The notes: generated by a model not told the origin, from the letters alone. Counted from the first letter of the stretch, positions 27,190 through 38,169 are shown. The stretch: 41,164 nucleotides of DNA from Macrostomum lignano (GCA_002269645.1 NIVC01003815.1:1-41164); one strand, 5' to 3'. A program made the numbers and translations.

Positions 27190-28300
27190 GCTCAGCCACC
27201 GTCCGTCAGCAGAAGTCCGTCATGCTGAGAGAGCTCATGCCGCAGGCCGTGTAAACTGCACGTGTCGTGGCTGTCGAGTTGCCACCGATGGGACCAGAGC
27301 CCGGATACGGTGGTTTGGATCGCCCTGTCGCTGCGGAGGCCACCTTGATCGTTTCGAGGTGCTGATGATGCTGTTCGGCGCTGCGGTCAGCCGCCATTGC
27401 GATGTAGGCCGTGTCAAGATCCTTGCCCTCGTTGTTCGGCGGTGTGGACGTGGCTGGCGGCTCAGGACATCTGCCGGGTTGTCTGCCCCCGGCTGGTAGG
27501 TGACTTCAAAGGAGGTCCTGCAGCCGAAGTACCATGCGCTCGATACGCGGCGGGAGCCGCGAACCGGGACTGAGCAGGATAACCAGCGGCTTGTGGTCGG
27601 TGATGACCGATGACCTTGGACTCTGGGCAGCCGCTAAAGTAGTGGTGGAATTTGAGGCAACCGAATTTGACGGCCAGCGCCTCCCTCTCTGTCTGCAAGT
27701 AGCGCTGCTCGGTGTCACTGAAGCTGTGGCTGGCGTAGGCGATTGGCCTGGTGAGGCTGCCCGGTTGCACCTGGGCGAGGATTGCGCCGGTCGGGCTAGC
27801 GGCGACAATGTGCCTGGTCTCTTTTTCGCAGTTCTTGTTGAAGAAGGCAGGCAAGCGTGGAGCTGTGTGATCAACTGCTTGATGGACTGGAAGGCTGAGA
27901 GTCGAGGCTTGATGTGGCCCCACCACCATTTCAAATTCTTATTGGTAAGCCCTCGAAGTGGCCTCGGGATGAGGGATGAAGCTTTGGGATGAAGCGGGCT
28001 ACGAATGTGACGAGTCCGAGAAAGGACTGCTCCTCCGTTGCATCTTCTATAGTCGATTGAAATTGGCCACAACCTCCATGAGTTTTTACTCGGTCGGTTG
28101 GATTCCGGCCGCCTGGCCAGGAAGTCGGCCTGCTAGGTGGCGATACGGAATTTGCGCGGGTTCGTTCAGAGTCACGTTGGCTCAGCCTGTCGAGGGAATT
28201 GCGCAGCCTCTCATTGTGCTCTTTTATGGTGCTGGGAAAGATGATGATGTCGTCATGGACCCACCGCACGCCTCTCAAGCCGCTCAGGATGTACATGCAT
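27190..28300 (-). mobile_element. Decayed Ty3/gypsy pol fragment (RT C-terminus, RNase H, linker), many frameshifts
   Basis: WVHDDIIIF, FLGLVTFVARFIPKL, RPIAYASHSFSDTEQRYLQTEREALAVKFGCLKFHHY, ITDHKPLV and RIERMVLRLQ are spread over several frames; truncated before the integrase. Confidence 0.9.
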
Positions 28301-28934
28301 CTATCGTGCTTTTTCTATATCTCGACTATAGTAGACCTCTGAATGTCTCTATTGCTTTGTTCTCTTATCAATTTAAGAAAACCCTTTGTTCGTAACCTGT
28401 ACATGTACGTCTATTTACATGTAAACGCGCATCTATCATTCGTTTATGTGTGCGCCTCTATCAACTTATATACACATCCACCGTGCGTCTTTTGTGGACC
28501 TCAATCTATTTAAATACGTCTGGCGTGCGATATCCGTGCCTCAACTATTAGCTTCCAGTCGCATATTTAATGGATGAATGATACACACGTGCGCGTATTA
28601 TTCGTGTAAAGTGTGCGTAAAGCGGGCGTTTTTGGCGCGTAACTCACTCGTGTATTCTGCGCGTATCCTTTACACACGTAGATTCGCGTTAAAAGGTGAC
28701 ACAAAACGTGTGTTCTACGTGCGTCAATTACGTGTGACTTACGCACGTGATTGCCGCACGTACGAGCTATATAATACACACGTAATACGCGCGTGAGCAG
28801 AGATTGGGATGTACATGTGCATGTAGAATTCTTAGCTTTGAAACTAAGAAACCCCACCGTAAAATCCAGGGCGATGATGCCCCCGGGCGGTAATAGCAGA
28901 AGTAGCAGTAGCAGTAGCATAGGATTTGCTGAAG

Positions 28935-29345
28935 TAAAACAGCCTGTTCGGCCAGCATCACGTGTACGAGTCTATTAATTTGGGTTGTTTAATAGTTCAG
29001 TAAAGCGATCATTAGTGCATGTCTAGGCTTCTCGAAATTGCTATTAAAATGGTTCGCCAAAACATAACTTTCTACTGTCAACTCACAACTCAGTAGCGCT
29101 ATAAGCGTACGATGAGAACGTTTCAAATGAAAAGCAATAAACATTTCGCAATCCTTTTTTTGGGAATGAATTGCAACATAAATAGCAGAATAGACATTAA
29201 TTTCCCCAGGTGGGCCGCGGCATGAGGGAAACCGGTGTTGATCGACTTTTTCCTTTGCCTTCTTCCGGGCGGTCCATACTGTCCGGACTGGCAGCCCCTC
29301 ATTGCTAATTTGACACCCACTTTTGCCACACGGCCACGTTGCACA
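28935..29345 (+). repeat. Dispersed repeat, copy A1
   Basis: Colinear with 37603-37985 (gccaaaacataac...ctgtcaactcaca...caacataaatagcagaatagacatt...ctcattgctaatttgacacccacttttgccac). Confidence 0.85.
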
Positions 29346-29742
29346 AATTTTTAAATAATTTACCGTCTATCTCTTTAAGGCTCAATCCAAGTTTTAATAT
29401 GTTGTCTTCGGTACATATCGGTACAACAATATTTAAATATCAGTAGAATACTTACAATCGAAGTGAATAAAAGAAACATGATTTTAAGCTTTGCATGCGC
29501 CCCTTCTGCCGAAGGAAAGCACGCCCACACATGCAAACCTTTATGAGAGCCTGCATGTGTATCTCGTACTACGTATAATTTTCATTTACATGTATTCGTA
29601 CTTGATAAGTCATAAATCCTATCCTCGTGTTTCATTTCTACTGTCATCAGTAGTGCAACATGAGTATGATGAGAATATCGCGATGAAAAAGGAAAAAAAT
29701 AACACATTTTTAGTGTTAGTAAACATAAGTAGCAGATAGGCA

Positions 29743-29860
29743 CATATTTCCTCTGGTGAGGCCGCGGTGTGAGGGATGCGGTGGTTGAGACAAAAGCAAC
29801 TCCTACCCTTGCCAACAAGTCTGGACAGCTGACTGATTTCCTCCTTCTAATTCGACACCT
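29743..29860 (+). repeat. Dispersed repeat, copy B1 (shares its core with A)
   Basis: Matches 38170-38315 (gccgcggtgtgagg...gttgagacaaaagcaa.tcctacccttgccaac). Confidence 0.8.
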
Positions 29861-30584
29861 GAATTATGTATGTTAAAGCAAGTTAAACAAATTACACATG
29901 TACACTTTCAAAAATATGAAAAAAATGGTTTACTTTTGCACACACGATAAAGCCGTTGTTATAATCGCTTTTTCGATCGAATTGGTATTATAAATGGTAA
30001 TGATATTAACGGTATAATTTATCAGTGACTGCATACGAAAAATTATCGAGTCCAGAGCTACTAAATTTTTGTTCTTTAAACTAATTCTCACGGTGTCGAA
30101 TTGCTTTCAATATTTTTAGATTATCAGTATTTAAATTTAAATTATTTGATCAGTTAATAATAATCAATTGTTTTGATGATTTATTCTCCAATGCATGTAC
30201 ATCATGTGCTTTGTGGCATGTGCCTTCTTCTCCGCTGGGACTTCGTCAATTCATAAGCAGAGTCATCCTGATCTTTTCTCAACTGATTCCGCACAACAGT
30301 AGCTTCTTAGCATTGCGGTAAACACAACTTTCTTTCCTCAAATACCAACACAAACTTGCTTCATCTGCGAGTCTGGAGTCGGCCATGTGGTGAGATATTG
30401 TCGATTCAGAGCTTGCTAAACACCCTGACAACTTGCTGTACTGTTAATGCCAGAGACTGCTGGCAGCAGTGAACCAGCTAAGGCTGAGATTGGATGAGAG
30501 AATAGAATAGGGAAGGAAAGAATGGGGAAGATGGGGAGAGGGAAGGAAAGAAGAAGTAAAAGGCCGTCCTCATCAGAAGTCAAA

Positions 30585-30822
30585 TAGCCAACCCCCTTTT
30601 TCTCTACGATGTTCTGAACGACTCAAACCAGTGTCCAGCCCAAGAGGTCCTTGTAGCTGAATCGAGGACTCATTTAGGAAGTAACGTTAAGGTACATGCA
30701 CCAGCGTACAGCATGAGAATTTGTCAAACTTTTTTGGGGTACTCGTAGTTGTTTATTGCGCACACCATCAACCCATGAAGAGGACCTCCGATGGTCTGGA
30801 GTCTGTCTCACAATGATGAAGT
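30585..30822 (-). mobile_element. Degenerate 3' remnant of an RTE-like non-LTR retrotransposon
   Basis: Minus-strand fragments HCETDSRPSEVLF and PRFSYKDLL..DTGLS resemble the post-RT C-terminus of RTE-type LINEs. Confidence 0.4.
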
Positions 30823-30823
30823 A

Positions 30824-31165
30824 TCAATAAAGTGTCGGGCATAACATCGCCTGCCGCACCTCATCGGCGCTCAGCTGCCTGCGGGAAACTCCGGAGCACC
30901 TCATGTAGAGTCGCTGGGATTCAATATCACTTTGAAAACTCTTTAGCTGCTGGAAAGCCATTCGAGGGAACAGCTCACAATTCCATAAGTCACGTTGCAA
31001 TGCCCAACTTGCTGAGGCTCTGCAATGGAAGGGGAGTCCAAAACGCGGTGGTTCCTCATTGCCAGCCGAATGTCGCACCAGCTGCAATTAGGGCTCAGTC
31101 CGGTCCAATGGTACGTGTGGTAGCTGGAACTGGAATTCGCTGCTACTGCTTCGAGTCAGCCTGAA
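30824..31165 (-). pseudogene. Frameshifted LamG/ConA-like C-terminal relic, paralog of 34602-35120
   Basis: WCDIRLAMRNHRVLDSP versus WCDIHLAMKNFLLDP, and RCSGVSRRQLSADEVRQAM versus RCFGVARRQLSVDEVWQAM; the two matching blocks are in different frames here. Confidence 0.65.
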
Positions 31166-31465
31166 GTACATGTGGTCAACTCTGATGCATTCCTGAGATG
31201 TCTGTCTCTGAGGAATTCTGTGGCATACGCTCGTATGGGGCTGCTGAGATCTCAAAGGTCAATTGGGAGTTTTTTGTTGGCCAGGTATCAAAGGCAGACT
31301 TAGGGTTAAGTCAAGCCCTAAAGGGAGGCTTTGATGCCAAAGCTCACAGGAGATGCTGACATCTGACGCCAGATGGCTGGCTTTCAGGGCTGATGCTTCT
31401 TGCTTTTAACATAATCTTTTTGAAGAAATTCTGTGAAAAGCTACTTGTAGATAATTCAAAATGTT

Positions 31466-31858
31466 TTATTCCTTTCTTTGTTGCCTCAATAACAGGGGAG
31501 AAGTCGCAGATTGCTGGTTTCTATTCGAAAAGCACCGAGACTCCGCATATCTTAAACGTTTCTCCAGCCTGAGCTGGTCAGCCTGCGCCCCACTCTTTGA
31601 CGTCACTCTTCCACATCTCCAGCGCTCCCTGGCTTGGGTGGCGCAGCCAGCGCTCCCGCAGCCCGCATGCAAAGTCAGGCAGGGAGGCCGTGGGGCCGCC
31701 CGCAGCAACTGCAGCGGCTCTGCCGCCATCAGCTGCGCCTCCGCCTCCAAGCCGGGCCCAGCAGAGCCTTCGAATGCAGCCCCGCTGTGCATGCAGTGAG
31801 CTGCAGTCAGCTGCAAGGCCTCCCCACCGCCTCTGAGAGAGTGACTGCGGACTGAATT
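31466..31858 (-). other. GC-rich, Cys-containing open frame; possible PAN/apple-like exon
   Basis: ORF ...PLQLLRAAPRPPCLTLHAGCGSAGC...WRCG behind a tttccag acceptor; only a weak family resemblance. Confidence 0.25.
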
Positions 31859-32029
31859 CTGGAAACTCTGAGAAATCACGGAAGACTCAGCTTAACTGGT
31901 AAGTTTGTTGAGCGCGGGGAATGAGCTGAGATTCCGCTCTCTACATCTGCCCTCTCCCAGCTCCCTCTCCTTCCGCCCTCTCTCTCCGCCTCCTCGCTCT
32001 TTCCTCTCCTCCTTGCCATCTTCCGACGC

Positions 32030-32619
32030 AAATGCAGCTCCAACCCGACATTCCACATTCAGACCAAATGCAGCTCCAACCCGACATTCCACATTCAGAC
32101 CAAATGCAGCTCCAACCCGACATTCCACACTCAGACCAAATGCAGCTCCAACCCGACATTCCACACTCAGACCAAATGCAGCTCCAACCCGACATTCCAC
32201 ACTCAGACCAAATGCAGCTCCAACCCGACATTCCACACTCAGACCAAATGCAGCTCCAACCCGACATTCCACACTCAGACCAAATGCAGCTCCAACCCGA
32301 CATTCCACACTCAGACCAAATGCAGCTCCAACCCGACATTCCACACTCAGACCAAATGCAGCTCCAACCCGACATTCCACACTCAGACCAAATGCAGCTC
32401 CAACCCGATATTCCACACTCAGACCAAATGCAGCTCCAACCCGACATTCCACATTCAGAGCAAATGCAGCTCCAACCCGACATTCCACACTTAGACCAAA
32501 TGCAACTCCAACCCGACATTCCACACTCAGAGCAAATGCAGCTCCAACCCGACATTCCACACTTAGACCAAATGCAACTCCAACCCGACATTCCACACTC
32601 AGAGCAAATGCAGCTCTAA
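32030..32619 (+). repeat. 36-bp minisatellite, 16 full units plus a partial, each containing an in-frame ATG: (MQLQPDIPHSDQ)n
   Basis: Unit caaatgcagctccaacccgacattccacactcagac; the ORF 32032-32619 is 16x12+3 aa. Confidence 0.97.
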
Positions 32620-33619
32620 ACCGCTCGTCAAGCCGCTCTGCTGCTGCTGCTGTTGGCTGCAGTGCTGCATCACGTGACCGAAGCTGCCGCCGACTCTGGG
32701 CAGATGTGGCAGTCGAGCCGCGAGAGCCTCTCCGACTACGTGGCTGTGAGGTCGCTGCCAGCCTGAAGCGACTCTGAATGCTCGTATGCTGCCAGCAGCG
32801 ACTCCGCAGTGCAGCTGGTGTCGTTCAACGCCAGCTCTGGCCTGTGCGCTCACTACAGGTGTCGCCTGGGCCTGAGCCACTGCAGGAAGTGCCATAATGC
32901 GAACAAGGGAGCTCAGAGAGTGTGGGTAGGTCACTCAGTTACATATGTCAGTGCTAACGCAGAGTAGAAAAGCTGGCACACCTGTGCACCTGTCACCTTG
33001 CAGACAGCAGGCAGTGCACAGTGTCCGGCTCAGTGGACTTTTACCGCATCTGGACTCAGTACCAGAGCGAGTTCGGCGAGGGACCCGACGGAAACTACTG
33101 GATCGGTGAGTGAATCCCAGATCTGGTTCATTCGCTTGCTTTTCCAGTTCGGATTTCAATGACAAACACCGCCATGACGTCCGCATCTTCCCAGGCCTGA
33201 ACTCTCTCCACGCTCTCACTGCTTCTGGTCCTCGTAAGCTGAGGATCCTGATGAAGGCGTGGAACGACTCTGAGCACTGGGCCGAGTACTCCAGCTTCTC
33301 CGTGGGTCCCGAGTCCGGCAACTACCGGCTGAGCGTGTCCGGCTTCTCCGGCAGCGCCGGCATCGGCGACAGCCTCACGGGTCACAGCGGCATGCAGTTC
33401 AGCACGAAGGACGCCGATCATGACACCAAGGGCTCTGGCAACTGCGAAAACATTCGTAATGGAGCCTGGTGGTTCGTCAACTGTCACCACACCCACCCGA
33501 ACGGAGAGTACAAAGACTCATCTTCTGCCATCGGAGGCGCTGAAGCAATGGGAGTTATTTGGAGTTGCAACTTTGGCTACTCCTACTCGCTGAAGGAGAT
33601 CGAGATGCTGCTTCTGTAG
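32608..33619 (+). pseudogene. Secreted fibrinogen-related protein (signal peptide + PAN-like Cys module + FReD), disrupted
   Basis: MQL*TARQAALLLLLLAAVLHHVTEA signal peptide and SECSYA...VSFNASSGLCAHY module. FReD motifs [10 protein letters not shown]...FG....NYWI|GLNSLH.LT, YSSFSVGPE...YRL, GMQFSTKD.D.D and GAWWF..C, with GT-AG intron 33106-33194. In-frame TAA (32617) and TGA (32764), and the frame is broken near 32930-33000. The FReD C-terminal exon is intact. Confidence 0.8.
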
Positions 33620-34062
33620 CAGGAGCAGTGTGATGGCATGGAAGCTGCCGCTGCTGCAACCGGCAAATTCGAGAGTTCAATCGGCTTTGAAGAAACTTTG
33701 AAATTTCCTGAAATTTGTGCAAACTGAAATATTTTGCTGCTGTGTACAAAGACTGGTAATGAAAATACACGACTTCGAATTTTCGAGCAAATTTGAAATT
33801 AAAAAAATAATATTGTTCAAATGCCTTCAAATCAATTCAAACAACACTTTGAAATATCTACCAGTTTCTCTTCTGCAACATGCTGCAAAGCACCTGAGAG
33901 CTTCCAGTCCTGCCAATATTAGAGACTGGCAGCTATGAGCGAGCTGTCCAATGCCAGACAGAAACTTTACTACCCGAGAACAATTTTTGTAGCGTCGTTT
34001 GCAAGAATGCAACCATAGGACTCATTTACTCAGCCTCTGGTAAACCGCCTGCTTTAAGTTAC

Positions 34063-34234
34063 CCTCAATTACCCCAGCTAATGCTGGCACCCATTTTACA
34101 GCTGGGTGAACTGAAGCAATGTAGAGTTTAAGTGTCTTGCTCAAGGACATAAATTATTCCGGGTGGGTCGAGATTCGAACCCCCGACCTTTTCAGTCGCG
34201 AGTCCGACTCTCAAACCACTAGGCTAGAACCCCC
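34063..34234 (-). mobile_element. tRNA-derived SINE with MIR/CORE-like central domain
   Basis: A box TAGCCTAGTGG and B box GGTTCGAATC, then tgtccttgagcaagacacttaaactct...cttcagtt...ctgtaaaatggg, which aligns with the recalled MIR core (tgaccttgggcaagtcacttaacctct...cctcagtt...ctgtaaaatggg). A second copy is at 16381-16520. Confidence 0.8.
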
Positions 34235-34429
34235 GTACTCATACACATGCTCACACAGGGTGTACAGTGTACAGCGACCCTGACCATCCAGTTGTCAAGC
34301 ATGTAAACTCTCTTATTAACTCTTTTTCATTAGAATCCAAACGTTTATTTAAAAATTATGCCAACACTGATTCTCGTAGGTTACAGGTCTGTATGCAGCT
34401 GTAGAGTGTCTAAACCCATAAGTTTCCAA

Positions 34430-34545
34430 TCGGGTTGGGTCGTCATTATCTCAAAGAAGCCGGGCACCACAAGGCTGGAGGAGCACAGAGGCATCTGTCT
34501 TCAGTCCTGCGCTGTGAAGCTGTTCAACCGGATGCTGTTATCGCA
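34430..34545 (+). mobile_element. Fragment of non-LTR (RTE-like) reverse transcriptase, N-terminal RT subdomains
   Basis: VIISKKPG...HRGICLQSCAVKLFNRMLL matches the IPKKG...YRGISL.S...KL.NR.LL pattern of LINE RTs. Confidence 0.7.
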
Positions 34546-34601
34546 GTACTTGTGTGAGCACAGTGACGCAAATTATAGCCTTATGCTCAGGGACAGAAGG
34601 C

Positions 34602-36150
34602 CTACATCGCCTGCCAAACCTCGTCAACACTCAACTGCCTTCGGGCGACTCCGAAGCACCTCGCGCAGTGCCGTTGAACTCCGGGATAGAATGACATTCC
34701 AAAGCCAAGTTGCAGCTGCTGCAGTTCGGGCTCGGGAGCATCCCAGCTGGTGTTATAATAGCGAAATTCGCGCGATGCTCCAACTAACGCGGGATCCAAT
34801 AAAAAATTCTTCATGGCCAGATGAATATCACACCAGGCCTCAATGCAAACAGTTCCAATATTATAGATGTAAGTCTGATGGTGATTCAGGTGAGAACCGT
34901 TTCCTGGCGTGAGCTGGTAAACTGACAAGTAGAATTGACTCAAATTCAAAGAGGAAGGATGTAGGTAAACAGAGAAGCTGCGCTCCTGCCACGGATTCGA
35001 ACTGTTATACAGCGCTGCAAGTAATTCAACTCCGCTACTGTTCCCACGATTTATGCGCAAGAACATGGTCCATTCGTCAGCGTTCCAAATCGACTCATTG
35101 AATGCCGCGGGAGCTCCGACGTTTTAAAACTCTCTAGAATAAATAAAATCGCTTGCGTTTCGTCTAAATCAGGCCCCGTCCTCTGCTGATCTCTCCACCC
35201 CGAACTGGTCCTCGATGGCGAAGGTGTGCGGGTCCACCAGGTTGTCGAGGCCCCTCCTGAAGTCGAACGCAGCCACGAGGCCGTCCACCTGTGGTGGTGG
35301 TGGGGAGGTGCTGTCCGACGCCTCCGTCTTGCACACGAACCTGTGCCTGCTGTGGCACCTGTCACTGCGCAGTCGACCAGCTGGCAGCGTGACGCAGTTC
35401 ACAGTCCAGTCCGCGCTTTCCGGGTGTCCAGTCTCCCATGCGGGCAGCTTGTTTTCGTGTTTCTCTGAGAAGTCCGTCCATTGGTAGCAGAGCTCGCGAC
35501 CCGCACTGTCAGGGAAGCAGGGGTTCAGCTTGATGAGGCCGAGCCACACCGAGTCGAGCAGCTCTAGCGACTCACAGCTGTCGATTTCGAAGCTGAGCTT
35601 GTTCAGAAAGTCCAGCTCAGACTGGGTGAGCACCGACGCCAGCTGCGACGAGTTTCGCTGGCAGTAGAAGTTGGCCTCGTGGAAGTTGGCCTCAAACTGC
35701 GGCATCACGTAGCACTGCTTGTCGTGCAGCCACCAGCCGCTAGGACATCGGCCGCTCGACCTCCACCAGTCGACGAGAATGCTGGAGTCGGCGCTCAACT
35801 TGCAAAAAAACAGGTGCCGCTCGTGATTCAGCCACCACTCACCGTCACTTCGGATCAAAGGCTTGTGAACGCTGTCCAGCTGAGAGAAGTTGTGTCTCTC
35901 GAAGCTCCCTACGCTGCCGCTGTCCGTCCACCTGTAGCTTATAGGGTCGGCCAGACGATCGAGGTCGGTGGCGAACAAATCGATCCAGGCGTCTCTGCAG
36001 TGAGACAGTCGGCCTACCAGTCGGTTCTCTTGCTCACTTTGGATAGACGCGAGGTGAGCCCGGTGAGACAGACACGTCTGCTCGGCCTGAAACCAGTAGT
36101 TCGACTCGCTGAACCACTTGTAGCATGACCAATGCTCGACCAATGTTGTA
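34602..36150 (-). CDS. Tandem C-type lectin (2x CTLD) followed in the same frame by a LamG/ConA-like domain; two intervening stops, so either spliced or a pseudogene
   Basis: CTLD1 SCYKWF.....WFQAEQTC.SHRAHLASIQS..EN...WI...F.C and CTLD2 CPSGWW.HDKQCY...FHEANFYC....SQLASV...VWLGL...W..GHP...C...FVC. These are followed by LVAAFDF..G and, after TGA 35169-71 and TAA 35124-26, WTMFLRI...WCDI...LQLG...RRQLSVDEV. The 5' exon was not identified. Confidence 0.7.
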
Positions 36151-36589
36151 GTTTCACAAGCACAAAGTTCGTAGCGGTAGATAGAAAGCAGGGAGGGCGA
36201 GAACCGGGTGGGGGCCGCGCACGCACATAAATACTGGGTGAGCACTGAGCAGGGGACTGGGTGGGCTTAGCCACGCAGGGCTAGGGTGGGGGGTGGGGGC
36301 AAAACTATCAGAGTTAAAGGGCGAGAGAGAAGAAAGGGAAGGCTAGCCAATCAGGTGCCTCCGCGGCGAGACACATGATTGGACTAGCCCACGCGAGAGA
36401 GAGATTAAAAGACGCCAGCCAATGAAAATGTGGGTAAATGAAAATGAGAAAAAATATAATGAATGGCAGCTTTAGACGGAGGGGACAAACCAGAATAAAC
36501 CAGTGACAGGGAGAGGAGGGAGAGGAGCCCGCGAACCAAAGCCCAGAAGTAATATCAAAAGCCCTCAAAAGCATCCGATCACACACCAA

Positions 36590-37105
36590 TTACACATATG
36601 GCTAAGCCCAACTATACACATGGCTAAGCCCAGTTATACATATGGCTAATCCCAAAAATACACATGGCTAAGCCCAATTATACACAACATGGCTAAGCAC
36701 AATTATACACATGGCTAAGCCCAATTATACACATGGCTAAGCCCAACTATACACATGGCTAAGCCCAATCATACACATCATGGCTAAGCACAATTATACA
36801 CATGGCTAAGCCCAATTATACACATGGCTAAGCCCACTTATGCACATGGCAAAGCCCAGTTATACACATGGCTAAGCCCACTTATGCACATGGCAGCAGT
36901 TATACACATGGCTAAGCCCAATTATGCACATGGCTAAGCCCAATTATACACATGGCTAATCCAAAAAATACACATGGCTAAGCCCAAACACTCATCATGG
37001 CTAAGCCCAATTATACACATGGGTTAGCACAATTATACACAACATGGCTTAGCACAATTATACACATGGCTAAGCTTAATTATACACAACATGGCTAAGC
37101 ACAAT
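36590..37105 (+). repeat. 22-bp minisatellite (tatacacatggctaagcccaat)n
   Basis: Directly visible tandem array with variant units. Confidence 0.95.
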
Positions 37106-37383
37106 CGTATTAAGATGTACCAGTAATTCTAAAAAGAATCGCAAACGTACTCTTGGGACCATGGTCCCAAAGCATGTTGCTTTGGTCAGTAAAAAGGCAC
37201 TAAGTTTATCAAAGTGGTGTTAATGAGACATACGTATTACACAATGCTATAAAATGACAGCTTCCGTACCCAAATAGGACAACACCAGGACAGGCTCCGT
37301 AATAGGACAACAATTGGGCCAAGCTTTTTGTGAGGCCAAAAAATACTGCTAGAAACACGACCGGTGTAAAGCCAAATACGTAC

Positions 37384-37505
37384 GTTGCGTTGACTTGGAT
37401 TGCTTCCGGAATTCAGGAGAAGAGACACCACATCCTGATGTCCCGTGGTCACCGCATGGTGCAGCGGACTCGACCCACACACTTTTGTCCAGAGCATTGT
37501 CCAGA
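37384..37505 (-). pseudogene. Isolated single ankyrin-repeat exon relic
   Basis: NALDKS/GSSPLHHAVTTGHQDVVSLLLNSGSNPSQRN followed by a gtacgt donor; a 4-nt gtgt insertion breaks the frame after DKS. Confidence 0.65.
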
Positions 37506-37602
37506 AATAATAAACATGCGACTATTCATTTTTGCATTCATTTTCATTACTTTCCTAAAAGTATAGTATGGTAGTGGTACATGTCTCAGGTTGTCTCAGG
37601 CG

Positions 37603-37985
37603 AAACAGCTGTTCGGTCAGAACATTGTATTGTATAAAGCCTATTTATTATGGCATTATCTAGAAATTTCTTATAAAATATTTTGCCAAAACATAACATT
37701 TTACTGTCAACTCACAAACTCAGTAGTGCTATATGCGTACCATAAGAACATTTTAATGGAAACAATTGAACATTTCACTATTTTATGGGTGTTGAAGCGC
37801 AACATAAATAGCAGAATAGACATTTGTTTCCACCGGTGGGCCGCGGCGTGAGGGGTAAACGGTGTTGAGCCAAAAGCAACTCCAACCTTTGCCAACCAAG
37901 TTCGGGCGGTCCATTATACTGTCCGAACTGGCAATTCCCTCATTGCTAATTTGACACCCACTTTTGCCACGCCGCCATGTTGCAC
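37603..37985 (+). repeat. Dispersed repeat, copy A2
   Basis: Colinear with 28935-29345. Confidence 0.85.
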
Positions 37986-38169
37986 AATGTGCACATGTAG
38001 TTCTACCCATTGAAAAATTTGTTTTCGATACATATCAGCAAAAAATTAAGGAGTACTACATGTAGTTAAGTAGACTAAATATAATTTCATTTACTTAGAA
38101 AAATTAAAAAAGTTTTACGTTTGAAGAATTTGCACATGTAAATTCCGTGTACACAAAATGCTTTAAATG

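Noticed and set aside
30180-30480. Possible LINE C-terminal zinc knuckle (CFICESGVGHVVRYC)
   Set aside because: The surrounding frame is broken and the match is a single short motif; too weak to annotate.
32764-32766. In-frame TGA as selenocysteine or programmed readthrough in the FReD gene
   Set aside because: The gene also has an in-frame TAA and a broken frame near 32930-33000, and I saw no SECIS-like element; decay is the simpler explanation.
31892-32777. Long repeat ORFs in other frames (290 aa +, 234 aa and 216 aa -)
   Set aside because: A stop-free 36-bp unit opens several frames automatically; only the ATG-bearing frame connects to a signal peptide.
34170-34234. tRNA gene
   Set aside because: A and B boxes are present but there is no complete acceptor stem, and it runs into a CORE-like body repeated at 16381, so it is a SINE.
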